The notes below the pieces were generated by a model. That model was not told the DNA's origin and searched no databases. It saw only the letters and a list, made by a program, of their open reading frames with translations. A stretch of DNA of 64,000 bases, from the NCBI RefSeq assembly GCF_009914755.1, contig NC_060930.1; one strand, given 5' to 3'. Positions 16,713 through 30,789 of the stretch are shown one piece after another. The position numbers and the translations under genes were made by a program. The stretch comes from the human T2T-CHM13v2.0 reference genome, Homo sapiens. The first letter of the stretch is position 1, and the number at the start of each line of letters is the position of its first letter.

Positions 16713-16814
16713 GACATAACCCCCTGCTATAAAATATATATATGTGTGTATGTGTGTGTGTTTAAGAGGAATATCAGAGAAAGATAAATTTTTAAGTAAA
16801 AGGAAATATTATAA

Positions 16815-17191
<377 letters not shown>

Positions 17192-17313
17192 TTAAAAGAT
17201 AAGCCTGGGCACAGAAAACAAACTTGATGTATGATAGAATCTTGCACTTTTTAAGTCCTGGAGTTAAAATTTACTGTGGCTTTGGTGTGACTCTACCAGC
17301 AACAGGATGGCAC

Positions 17314-17327
17314 TCAGTAGAGGGCAC
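17314..17327 (+). promoter_or_regulatory. Candidate CTCF site
   Basis: tcagtagagggcac matches CCASYAGRKGGCRS at 13/14. Confidence 0.35.
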
Positions 17328-17520
17328 ATGGTATAGTGGGAAAACCTCTTGGGGGTCAACCAGGTCCAGATTTTGATCTGTGCCTCTGCTGCTACTAGCT
17401 CTGTGACCTTAGGCAAGTTACTGCACACACTTGGCCCCAGTCTCTTTGTAGCCTTCTGCTGCTATTGCTGCTAGCTTCACAAAATCGTTTCAAAGGTTAA
17501 ATGAAGTAAACTATATAAAA
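17322..17520 (+). mobile_element. MIR
   Basis: catggtatagtggg...ctactagctctgtgaccttaggcaagttac. Confidence 0.75.
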
Positions 17521-17531
17521 TAAATATCTAG

Positions 17532-17859
<328 letters not shown>

Positions 17860-18316
17860 TTATATATTAATGTTAGTTCATTTTCTTTTCTTCTCATTAC
17901 ATCCAAGGACTAGTAATTTTCCAAGGGTAGTAATGTTCCATTAATTTTGGGAGTCACTCTGGAGAATCCTGTAAATTTTCCAGATACTGAAATCTAAGCC
18001 TACAAAGGCTTAATGACTCTCTTGCAATGCCTTAGGAGTAGCAGAGTTGGTGCCCAAATCGTGCCTCACTGAATGCTTCCAGCTTTACTACAGGTGTGAG
18101 GACGACGTAGAATTCTGCACTGAGTCCCTGGCGTGGCTCTAAAACAGTCAAGTGCAGTGACGGTCTTAAGTGTAGAAAACACTCGACTTTCCAGATCTTC
18201 TAGGAACCTTCAAAATACACAGAAATGTGTAGTGAAACCTTACCCTACTGTGTCGCCGTCAGTTTACTTTTACAACTTTTGACTCAGTTTCCCTTTCTGT
18301 CCCCTAGTACCCTCAG

Positions 18317-18384
18317 GTGACTACAGATGTGTTAACACCCAGCATGTTCCGGTAGGAGACTTTCTGGATGGGGAAGATTTCCAG
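18317..18384 (+). other. Candidate non-coding (5'-UTR) cassette exon of host gene
   Basis: Pyrimidine tract tttccctttctgtcccctag with tandem acceptors (AG 18306-7 and CAG ending 18316) and donor CAG|gtaaag at 18385. Confidence 0.4.
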
Positions 18385-18690
18385 GTAAAGGACCACCCTG
18401 ATTCCCTTCGTGGCTATAGCCTGCTGCCTGCCCTTCCATGGGCTGCCGCAGACTTCCTGATGGCCACTGCTGCCTTCCTCCTTCTCCTTTTTTGCATTGA
18501 TTGATTGGTTCCTTATCTATGCTATTTTTCTATGATTTTTTGGTATTATTTTTAAGTATTCATACGTGTACACTGTTAATGATATAAAACATGCATGGAG
18601 TGGTAAGCCCTAACTTCAGGATAAGGCTTACCCTCTGAGGAGGGAGGCTGGGGCACTTGGCCAATGTCAATTCTGTCTCCAATGTTTTAA

Positions 18691-19063
<373 letters not shown>

Positions 19064-19128
19064 AGAACTCCTTATTTTTATTTAAAACATAACTGTAGTG
19101 TCACTTTTGCTCTTAAAACAGTAGTTAA

Positions 19129-19249
19129 GGCTAGATGTGGTAGCTCACTGAAATCCCAGCACTTTGGGAGGCCAAGGTGGAAAGATCGCTTGAGCCCAGG
19201 AGTTTGAGAACCAGCCTGGGCAACACAGCGAGAACCCCATCTCTACCAA

Positions 19250-19300
<51 letters not shown>

Positions 19301-19542
19301 TACATTTTTTTTTTTAGCCAGGCATGGTGGCACATGCCTGTAGTTCCAGCCACTTGGTGGGCTGAGGCAGGATCACTTGAGCTCAGGAATTTGAGGCCAT
19401 AGTGAGTTGTGATTATGCCACTGCACTCTGGCCTAGACGACAGAGCAAGACCCTGTCTCAAAAAACAAAACAAAGAACAACAACAAAAACAACAACAAAA
19501 TTACCAAGAGCTCCCCGCCAGCCAAAACAAAAAAACATCCTC
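19129..19542 (+). mobile_element. AluJ with (TA)n-expanded linker and compound tail
   Basis: J diagnostics gcttgagcccaggagtttgag; TSD aaacagtagttaag at ~19116 and 19543-19556. Confidence 0.9.
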
Positions 19543-19691
19543 AAACAGTAGTTAAGTCCTTCATATCAAATATCCAACTAGTGTTCAGTATTCCAATTAT
19601 AATTGGAATATATTTATATAGAGAGATAGTAACAAAACCAAATTTGTTTGGCATTTCAAATGTTTGAAGATGCCAGAAGTTTAATCTAGAG

Positions 19692-19865
19692 TAGTGGTTC
19701 TCAAAATTTGGTCCTAAGACCAGCAGCATCAGCATCACTTGCGAACTTGCCAGAGACGGAAATCATTAGACCCTACAGCTGACTGAATCAGTGATTCTGG
19801 GAGTGTAGTGTTTTAACAAGCCTTCCAGGTGATTCCAATGCGTGGTAGAGTTAAGAGAACTACTG
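19692..19865 (+). mobile_element. MER5A (hAT-Charlie MITE)
   Basis: TIRs tagtggttctcaa / ttaagagaactactg; ccagcagcatcagcatcac; 8-bp TSD atctagag/gtctaaag. Confidence 0.9.
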
Positions 19866-20210
19866 GTCTAAAGGAAAGCAAAATTTTATGCTCTTTACAC
19901 ACCCTATTTTGCATTTGTCTTTGTGTTTAACATCACAGCATGTGCTGAGATGATGTGCTTACACACTTGGGTCACCAAGATGGAGTCCAGCCTTCTATTG
20001 CCTTCTAGGGCCTGTGCCAAGCCACCTTCCATTTCTAGCTGTGGAGGGCAGCACACACAGACTGCTGCTGCATTAGGAAGTGTGTAGGAGAGCAGGGAAT
20101 GGAAGTGGTGATCATGATTTTCTGGAGCAGGACAGAGAGAGTGAAAATAGAGATCTGGGTGTATTTGATGGGGAAATCACCTTCTTTTTTAAAAAGCATA
20201 CTTACAAAGT

Positions 20211-20401
20211 TGTGGTCCTCAACTGCTGGCAGCACAGTCGAATCACTCCAGAGGGCTTTGAAAGACACTGGTGCCCTGGCCTGACCCCAGGAAATTCTGG
20301 TTTCAATTGGGTTGTGGGTGGGGTTAGGGGTGGTCCCAGCAACAGCAAGATTTAAAGGTGCTTCAGGTGATTCTAATTGCAGTCATGGTCCAAAACCACT
20401 G
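20211..20401 (+). mobile_element. MER5B-like hAT MITE
   Basis: gtggtcctcaact...gaatcac...caggtgattctaat...aaccactg. Confidence 0.7.
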
Positions 20402-21151
20402 GGAAAGACTTGTGTTTGGTTTGGGATTCAGTTGGGAAACTAAGATGAAAATATCCTGCAAGAATGCACTCGGGGGTCTTACCCTTCAAACGAGTAAGTA
20501 CTTTGCAAACTCTGGTTCTTAAGCCATTAGCGACCTGGTTTGGGGGAGTTTTTTTCTGCCATCTCTAGCTTTTTTTGTTGTTTTGAGCTACTGCTGACTC
20601 TTTCTGCAGTATTTCCGGCTAGTTTTTGTCTAGGTAAGGAGATTTGAATATGGTTTGTCTACTCACTTGTAGGTGTCTTGGGCAGAATATGCATTTTTTA
20701 AAGTATACAAATGACACCCTCTTTCACCTCCTTCATTCTCTTTCCTGTAAATGGCTATAGCTCCAGGAAATGAACTCGAGAGACTGATACTACATTTTGC
20801 AATGTGAGGCTTTTTAATTTTTCTAAGACTATCAACGAGACCAGAGCCTTCCTTGCAGTCTCCGAAATTATGGAAAGGAAAGGTTGGGCTGTATTTGTTG
20901 GTTGAGTGTTGAAATAGTCCATGGAAAAAGGAAAGGGAAACAAGTTCTACTACTGATTTTCTTGGCAGAGTTTATCACCTGTCCCCCCCAAGTTTCTGGC
21001 AAGTGTGATTAGAAATTGACTTGCAGGATTTGCTCACACTGGCTTCCCAAGACAGTTTTTGCTTGCATGCTGCTGACTAGCAGTAGTTAATTTGCTATCT
21101 TTCACATGTGTTATCCAAAAATCACAGAACTCATTAGAAATAAACAGCATG

Positions 21152-21445
21152 GGCTGGGCGCGGTGGCTCATGCCTGTGATCCCAGCACTTTGGGAGGCCG
21201 AGGCGGGTGGATCCCGAGGTCAGGAGTTCGAGACCAGCCTGGCCAAGATGGTAAATCCCTGTCTCTACTAAAAATACAAAAATTAGCTGGGCGTGGTGGT
21301 GGGCACCTGTAATCCCAGCTACTTGGGAGGCTGAGGCAGAGAATTGCTTGAACCCAAGAGGTAGAGGTCGCAGTGAGCCGAGATCACGCCACTGCACTTC
21401 AGCCTCTGCAACAGGGCGAGACTCTGTCTCAAAAAAATAAATAAA
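21152..21445 (+). mobile_element. AluS
   Basis: Full dimer; TSD aaataaacagcatg. Confidence 0.95.
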
Positions 21446-22086
21446 ATAAACAGCATGAATTTGGTTGGTCATATTTGCAGGATTAGCCAGATGTAAATCT
21501 GAGTTGCACTTGGGAGGTTTGGTGGGCTTCATTTAAAAACAAATAGAACCCCAGCCTTGAGTAGAAGCAGATTTTTTTAAAAAATGAAATATCTTACTGG
21601 AAAACAAACCTTATTTTTCCAATAGAAAATATGGGGAAGAAGTAAGCTTTTTTTGGTGCCAATATTTATTTTATTTCATGCCCTTCTTGCTGATGGCAGA
21701 TGTGGCAGAAATAAATACCCAATTTCATTTTCCAAAATGGGAAAAATTTAATCAATTCAAGAATTTATTTATTCTTAATTTATAGCAGAGGTTTGAAACC
21801 TGACTGGTTAAAGTATTTAATATGCCTCTTAGGAAAATAAACATACATTTATGTATTTCCCAAACCATTTTGTGGAATAATCACCACACAATGGGTTATT
21901 GAAGAGGTGTGTTGGCCTTGAGGCTGTCTAATTCTTAGGCCTTTTGAAAAGTGTTTAAGAGATATTGAAAAAGTTTTTTTTCATGTGATTACAATATACG
22001 ATTTGTGTGATTGGAAAATTTCTGTTTTCTGTTGATATGCAAACTCACTGCCAGCAATACCAAATATTCATATGCCACCTGCTTCC

Positions 22087-22420
<334 letters not shown>

Positions 22421-22994
22421 TAAACAAACAAACAAACAAAAAAAACCCTTACCTTTGAAGAACCAAAAAAGGAATTCAAATTTTATTGAAACTTTTTGTG
22501 TTTATCCTTTTAGATCACACTAAATCAGATGAGTACACAAATGCCAAGGAATTGACTCTTACAAGTAGAGATGATGTTTCATGCAGACACATGAGTTAAA
22601 GGTGTGCTAGAAACTTCCCATGAGCTGATTTTGATCATTCTTTGCTCTAGTACCCCCAAAGCTTAGCTTAATACTTAATTATATATCATACTACCTTCTC
22701 TCTCTCTCTCTCTCTGTGTGTATGTATTATTTTCCACCAAAATGGCTATTTGTAACCTGCCATAGTAAAAGGTCTGCTTATTCAAGACCAGGACAAGACT
22801 TTCCATTGTCTTGTCTTTCTGCCCATGACACCATTCATTTTTCTCTTCTTCAGCATTGAGATGAGATTTATAATGCATCGTCCTACCATTTTCTAGGCAT
22901 AAAGATAATTTGCCTGGTTAGCTTTTATTTAGTGATTCAAAAGAAATAGATGATCAGATCTGGCAGCGACTGACTTTTCACGATTCATTGCTGA

Positions 22995-23371
<377 letters not shown>

Positions 23372-23796
23372 ACTGATCTTTATTTCTAAAGAGCTTTTCT
23401 CCCCTTGCAGGATCTTTGGTGTCAAGATACTATAAAATTCCAGTAAATATGGCTGCAAGGAAGGGTAAAGAGAAAGAAAGAGAGACAAAATAAAGTACCA
23501 GAAGCAAATAGTCCTTTCCATATTCATGTCACGTCCGTAAGATTCAAGAAACGGATATTGAAGTGGAAGAACCAGACTTTCTCTTCATTCCTATGATCTA
23601 ATTAAATGTATTTTCACTTAAAAAAGGATAACAATATTAGATCTTAATGGGATTAACCTAACTGAAATTTATTTGACTTTGCCTTGACCATAAAGATTAT
23701 GAAGGATCCAAGTTTCATTTTGTGATGGTAGTTTCAGGTCTGTAATTTTTGCTACATTCCATTCCTGTTGCTGTTCTACTTAAAATATCAGTTATC

Positions 23797-24095
<299 letters not shown>

Positions 24096-24142
24096 TCAGT
24101 TATCAGACAAAACTTGTGTGTTGTATGGCGGAGACTTAGAAT

Positions 24143-24572
24143 AGACTAGAGTTTGAGTATTTTTCTTTTTTAAGTTTTGGAGATGTTAACTCTTACTGTT
24201 TTTATACTGAAGTGAAGTCTGTTAAGTTAAAGAGGAACCTTTCTTTTATTTTCTGTGTTTTTTGGTTTCTTTTTTCTTTTTTTTGGTCAGTTTCTTAGGG
24301 TTTCTCTTGCTTGGAATTATCTAGATGAACTGTTTCTTGAGTCCAGCTTCAGACTAGAGTTTGAGTATTTTTCCCTTTAACTTTTTGAGATGATTAACTC
24401 TTACTCTGTTTTTATACTGAAAGGAATCTCTTTAGCTAAAATAAAGAGGAATCTTTCTTTTATTTTCTGTGTTTCTTGGTTTCGTGTGTGTGTGTATGTG
24501 TGTGTGTGTTGCGCCAGTTTCTTAGGGTTTCTCTTGCTTGGAATTGATGAAATGCTTCTGAGTCCAACTTCA
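24143..24572. repeat. Diverged ~208-bp tandem duplication of unique sequence
   Basis: agactagagtttgagtattttt at 24143 and 24351; shared cagtttcttagggtttctcttgcttggaatt and gagtcca(g/a)cttca. Confidence 0.95.
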
Positions 24573-24632
24573 TTGATAACTACCTACTCCTCCCTTTCCT
24601 TTGTATGTGTTACAGGATTTCAGTAATACATA

Positions 24633-25390
24633 TTTTTTATTGTGGTGAAGTATACATAATATAAAATTATCATTTAAGCCATTTTTAAATGTACACTTCA
24701 TTGGCATTAAATACACTCATATTGTTGTGTGCAATTGTTGCCACTATTATCTTTTGAAAGTTTTCATCTTCCCTCTCACTCATAAGTGGGAGTTGAACAA
24801 TGAGAACACATGAGAGGGGAACATCACACTCCGGGGCCTGTCCGGTGGGGTGGGGGTAGGGGAGGGATAGCATTAGGAGAAACACCTAATGTAGATGACA
24901 GGTTGATGGGTGCAGCAAACCACCATGGCACGTGTATACCTGTGTAACAAACCTGCACGTTCTGCACACGTACCCCAGAACTTAAAGTATAATAAAAAAA
25001 AAAATAAAGTTTTTATCTTCCCAACCTGAAACTCTGTACCCATTAAACACTAACTCTTCATTCTTCCCTCCCCTCAGCCCCTGGCTACCACCATTCCACT
25101 TTCTGTGTCTATGAATTTGACTGCTCTAGGTACCTCATGTAAGTGGAATCATGCGGTATTTTTCTTCTTGTGACTGATTTTTTCCACTTAGCGTAATGTC
25201 TTCAAAATTCATCCATGTTTTGGCATATGTCAGAATTTCCTTCCTTTGTAAGGCTGAATAATATTCCATTGTATGTATATATCACATTTTGTTTATTCAT
25301 TCATCTGTTGATGGACACGGGTTACTTCCACCTGTTGGCTATTGTGAATACCTCTATGAACATGGGTATGTAAATATCTGGTCAAGTCCC
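24633..25390 (-). mobile_element. L1MB-type 3' end, interrupted by L1PA
   Basis: tgaaactctgtacccattaaacactaactc...ttcatctgttgatggacac...gctattgtgaata. Confidence 0.85.
24774..25005 (+). mobile_element. L1PA (PA6-PA8-like) 5'-truncated 3' UTR
   Basis: tctcactcataagtgggagttgaacaatgagaac...cagaacttaaagtataataaaaa; 17-bp TSD aaagtttt(c/t)atcttccc at 24757-24773 and 25006-25022. Confidence 0.95.
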
Positions 25391-25414
25391 CATGAAAAGT
25401 GTCTTTGTGATTAA

Positions 25415-25720
<306 letters not shown>

Positions 25721-25989
25721 TGATTAAGTAAAACACCCTGATGCTGATTTAGATACCGATTTAGCAACTTTAAATATTATGGTATTAATAATAACCATTA
25801 ATTAATAATAAAGCTTTTTATGTAAAGTGATTGGAATGAGTTTGTCAGGTATGAGTTATAAAGGCCTCCAGAAGCATATGGGGAAGTTAAACACATGGCA
25901 ATGAGAACTCTTTTAAGAATGCACCTGGCTGGATACCATGACCTGCTTAAGATCTGTGTTTTAGAATCGTCATTGAAAAGAAATGTTGC

Positions 25990-26292
25990 AGCCAGGCACA
26001 ATGGCTCATCCCTGTAATCCCAGCACTTTGGGAGGCCGAGGTGGGCAGATCACTTAAGGCCAGGAATTCAAGACCAGCCTGGCCAAGATGGTAAAACCCC
26101 CTCTCTACTAAAAATACAAAAATTAGCTGGACGTGGTGGTGGGCACCTGTGATCCCAGCTACTCAGGAGGCTGAGGCAGGAGAATCACTTAAACCCGGGA
26201 AGCGGAGTTTGCAGTGAGCCGAGATCACGCCACTGCACCTCAGCCTGGGTAAGAAAGTGAGACTCTGTCTCAAAAAAAAAAAAAGAAAAGAA
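25990..26292 (+). mobile_element. AluSx/Sz
   Basis: Full dimer with A-rich tail. Confidence 0.95.
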
Positions 26293-26639
26293 AAGTTGCT
26301 GCATGACAGACATCTGGAAAAGTTAAACTATAAAATGACTTGCAAAATTAACATCCTCTGGTTAACCAAAATCCTCAAAGCAGAGGGCAATCTGGTGTTT
26401 GGGATGTGAGTCCTCTCCTCTAGAGGGTCAGGCTTATCGCTTGGAAAGCAGATTAGCACTGCTAGCACACACCACCTAAAGATACGCTTCCCATCCTCAC
26501 ATTCTTGGTGTTTTCAGTGTTTCGTCTTATCTGTTGTATTCTTTCAAATTCCTTAAGCTTAACCACAGACAAGCTCCTTCTTGGAGTTAACACTATTTAT
26601 CAAGTATATACCGTATGACCAAGCTATATATTACTGCTA

Positions 26640-26855
26640 GCTGATGTTTATTCATACTTGGCCCATGTTAGGCACTGTTCAGAAGCCCTTTACATGTGTT
26701 GTAAGTTATTTAATTATTCCTTATCTCTGTTTGTTTGATATCAGCAAAACTTCATTTTACAAATGATGAAAACGAGACACAGAGAAGTTATCTTGTTCAA
26801 GGACATAGGAATTGGCAAAGCCAGAACTTGACCCCAGGGGTCTGACTTCAGACCA
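26640..26855 (-). mobile_element. MIR
   Basis: cattttacaaatgatgaaaacgagacacagagaagttatcttgttcaaggacatag...tctgacttcaga. Confidence 0.8.
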
Positions 26856-26864
26856 TGTATCTTT

Positions 26865-27165
26865 TTCTTTTCTTGTTTTCTTTTTCTTAGAGACAGGGTC
26901 TCGCTGTGTTGCCCAGGCTGGAGTGCAGAGCAATCTTGGCTCACTGTAGCCTCAAACTTCTGGGCTCAAGATATCCTCTTGCCTCAGCCTCCCGAGTAGG
27001 TGTGTGCCACCACACCTAGCTAATTTTTTTTTTAAATAATTTTTTTGTAGACATGGGGTCTTGCTATGTTGTCCAGGCTGGCCTTGAACTCCTGACCTCG
27101 AGCAGTCCTCCTGCCTTGGCCTCCCAAAGTGTTGGAATTATAGGCACGAGCCACTGCACCTGGCC
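26865..27165 (-). mobile_element. AluJ
   Basis: agacagggtctcgctg...cctcaaacttctgggctcaag. Confidence 0.9.
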
Positions 27166-27252
27166 CCCATTTACCTTTGACTGCCATGGCATGCTGACCT
27201 GCATTTTACTGTTGATCAAACTTATGAAAACACTCTCTAGAGGATGAATTCT

Positions 27253-27627
27253 CTTTCTTTCTTTCTTTCTTTCCTTCCTTCCTTCCTTCCTTCCTTCCTT
27301 CCTTCCTTCCTTCTTTTTCTTTCTTTCTTTCTTTTTTTTTTTGAGACAGAGACTCACTCTGTCACCCAGGCTGGAGAGCAGTGGCATGATCTTGGCCCAC
27401 TGCAAACTTTGCCTCCTGGGTTCAAGTGATTCTTCTGCCTCAGCCTTCTGAGTAGCTGAGATTACAGCTGTGTGTCATCACACCCGGCTAATTTTTTATG
27501 TATTTTTTGTAGAGACGGGGCTTCACCATTTTGGCCAGGCTGGTCTCGAACTCCTGACCTCAAATGATCTGCCCGCTTAGGCCTCCCAAAGTGCTGGGAT
27601 TACAGGCGTGAGCCACCGTGCCTGGCC
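27253..27627 (-). mobile_element. AluSx/Sz with (TTTC)n(TTCC)n tail
   Basis: Full dimer; TSD tctagagga. Confidence 0.95.
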
Positions 27628-28281
27628 TCTAGAGGACAAATCTTTTTAAGGTAAATAACAGAGCTTTTAAAGTCAGGAGTTCTCTGTGTCTCTCTAGGAA
27701 CCCATGCTGTATTAAATGGCCACAAAGTAGTTTGGAAGTTTAGCATCAAAGGACTAAGGTTTCTTCTGAACACAGTGCCCTTTATTCCACTTTTTAAGGT
27801 AAACACACTTCAAAGAAAAGGAAATTTTAAAAAGCCATGCTTTTTTAAGGAATGTAATATATTTTTTAGAACGGTATTATCACTCTTTATGAATTCATAT
27901 TTGGCAAAGAATTTTCTGGAAATATTAGGAATCAGCCTTACTCAGAAATTTGGTGTTAAAGGTTTGTAAAGAATATCTACTTATGCCCATTCATAATTAA
28001 CAGGGATTCTTCTTTTTCTTTTAAGGTTAAAAAAATTTTTCTTTTTAATTATTTCAGCTTTATTCAGGTTGAATAAGGGCATTCCAGCCAAGCAAAGTAA
28101 GGTGAGGGGTGAGAGGGGTTTCAGGCGGAGAAAAAAAACACGTAAAAGGACACCAAGTTGTAGCATGGTCTGGCCAGCGAACTTTAAATAGGAGGGAAGT
28201 CCATTATCATGGAAGGAGCAGGGGCTTCGGGAAAGGTTTAAAAAATTAATTATTCTTGAGTTTTGGTTTTACCCTCTGTGA

Positions 28282-28649
<368 letters not shown>

Positions 28650-28759
28650 AGATAATGTATTTAAGTTGTTCAGCAAAGGACCTGACACGCAGGTTTCCAC
28701 ATTGATATTATCATTATGTTGCTATCAGTTTTTTCTTTTTGACTTTTGATTTGTTTTCC

Positions 28760-29068
28760 TGAATAATATTACATTACATGGTTCAAAACCCAAAAAGTGT
28801 AATGTTCTCTCTTTCGTCTTTGTGCCTCATCTGTCAAGTCCCTTCTTCCCTGTCCCTGCAGGTAACCACTGTCCTGTTTCTGATGTAGCCTGCATTGTCC
28901 ACTGATGCTCTGTGGGAATATGAGTATCTCTTCTGTATTTCCTGCTTTTACACAAAAGGTAGCATATTGTACGCATGCTTCAGTGTCTTCCTTTTGGTTT
29001 TCACTTAACTATACATCTTAGAAATCTTCCCATATCAGTTTATAAGGGGCTTCCTCTTATAAGCGCCA
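28760..29068 (-). mobile_element. Old L1ME-type fragment
   Basis: caggtaaccactg...ttttacacaaaaggtagcatattgtac...tcttagaaatcttcccatatcag. Confidence 0.55.
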
Positions 29069-29768
<700 letters not shown>

Positions 29769-29828
29769 TCAGCATCCACCAATGTAACACCTTACATAAC
29801 CTTAGTACATAGTCAAAACTAGGAAATT

Positions 29829-30179
<351 letters not shown>

Positions 30180-30279
30180 TTAACTCAGGTAAGAGACCTT
30201 ATTTAGATTTAACCGATTTTTACATGCATTCTTTTTTTGGAAGGGGGTGTAGATTTTTCTTTTTTTCTTTTTTTTTTTT

Positions 30280-30690
30280 CCCCTTTTCTGTTTGGCTTAT
30301 GTAATGTAGCATGTTTTTAAGGTTCATGCAAATTACAGCATGTTTCAGAGCTTCATTCCTTTTTATGTCTGAATTAATATTCATTATACATATATACTAT
30401 ATTTTGCTTATCCATTCATCAGTTGATAGACACTTGGGTTGGTTCCACCTTTAACTAGTGTGAATAATGCTGCTATGAACATTGGTGGACAAGTTTCTGT
30501 TTGAGTCTCTGTTTTCAAGTATTTTGAGTATATACCACTGAGGAGTGAAATTGCTGGGTCATCTAGTAAGTCTATATTTAAGTTTTTGAGGAACCACCAA
30601 ACTATTTTCCACAGCAGCCCACCATTTTATATTCCCACCAGCAATGCCCAAGGGTTCCAACTTATCCACATTCTAACTAACACTGGTTTT
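30280..30690 (-). mobile_element. L1MB-type fragment carried as distal 3' transduction
   Basis: tatccattcatcagttgatagacacttgggttgg...gaggaaccaccaaactattttccacagc; lies inside SVA TSDs between two poly(T) tracts. Confidence 0.85.
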
Positions 30691-30789
30691 CTTTCTTTTT
30701 TTTTTTTTTTTTTTTACAGTTTCAACTATTAATTCAACACCTTAGTGAACACCTGCTCAGTGCGGGCATTATTATGTGTTAACTAGAGG

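Noticed and set aside
30280-30690. L1MB fragment as a resident ancient insertion
   Set aside because: It lies inside the SVA TSDs between poly(A) tracts and interrupts a different L1MC fossil, so it is better explained as transduced cargo
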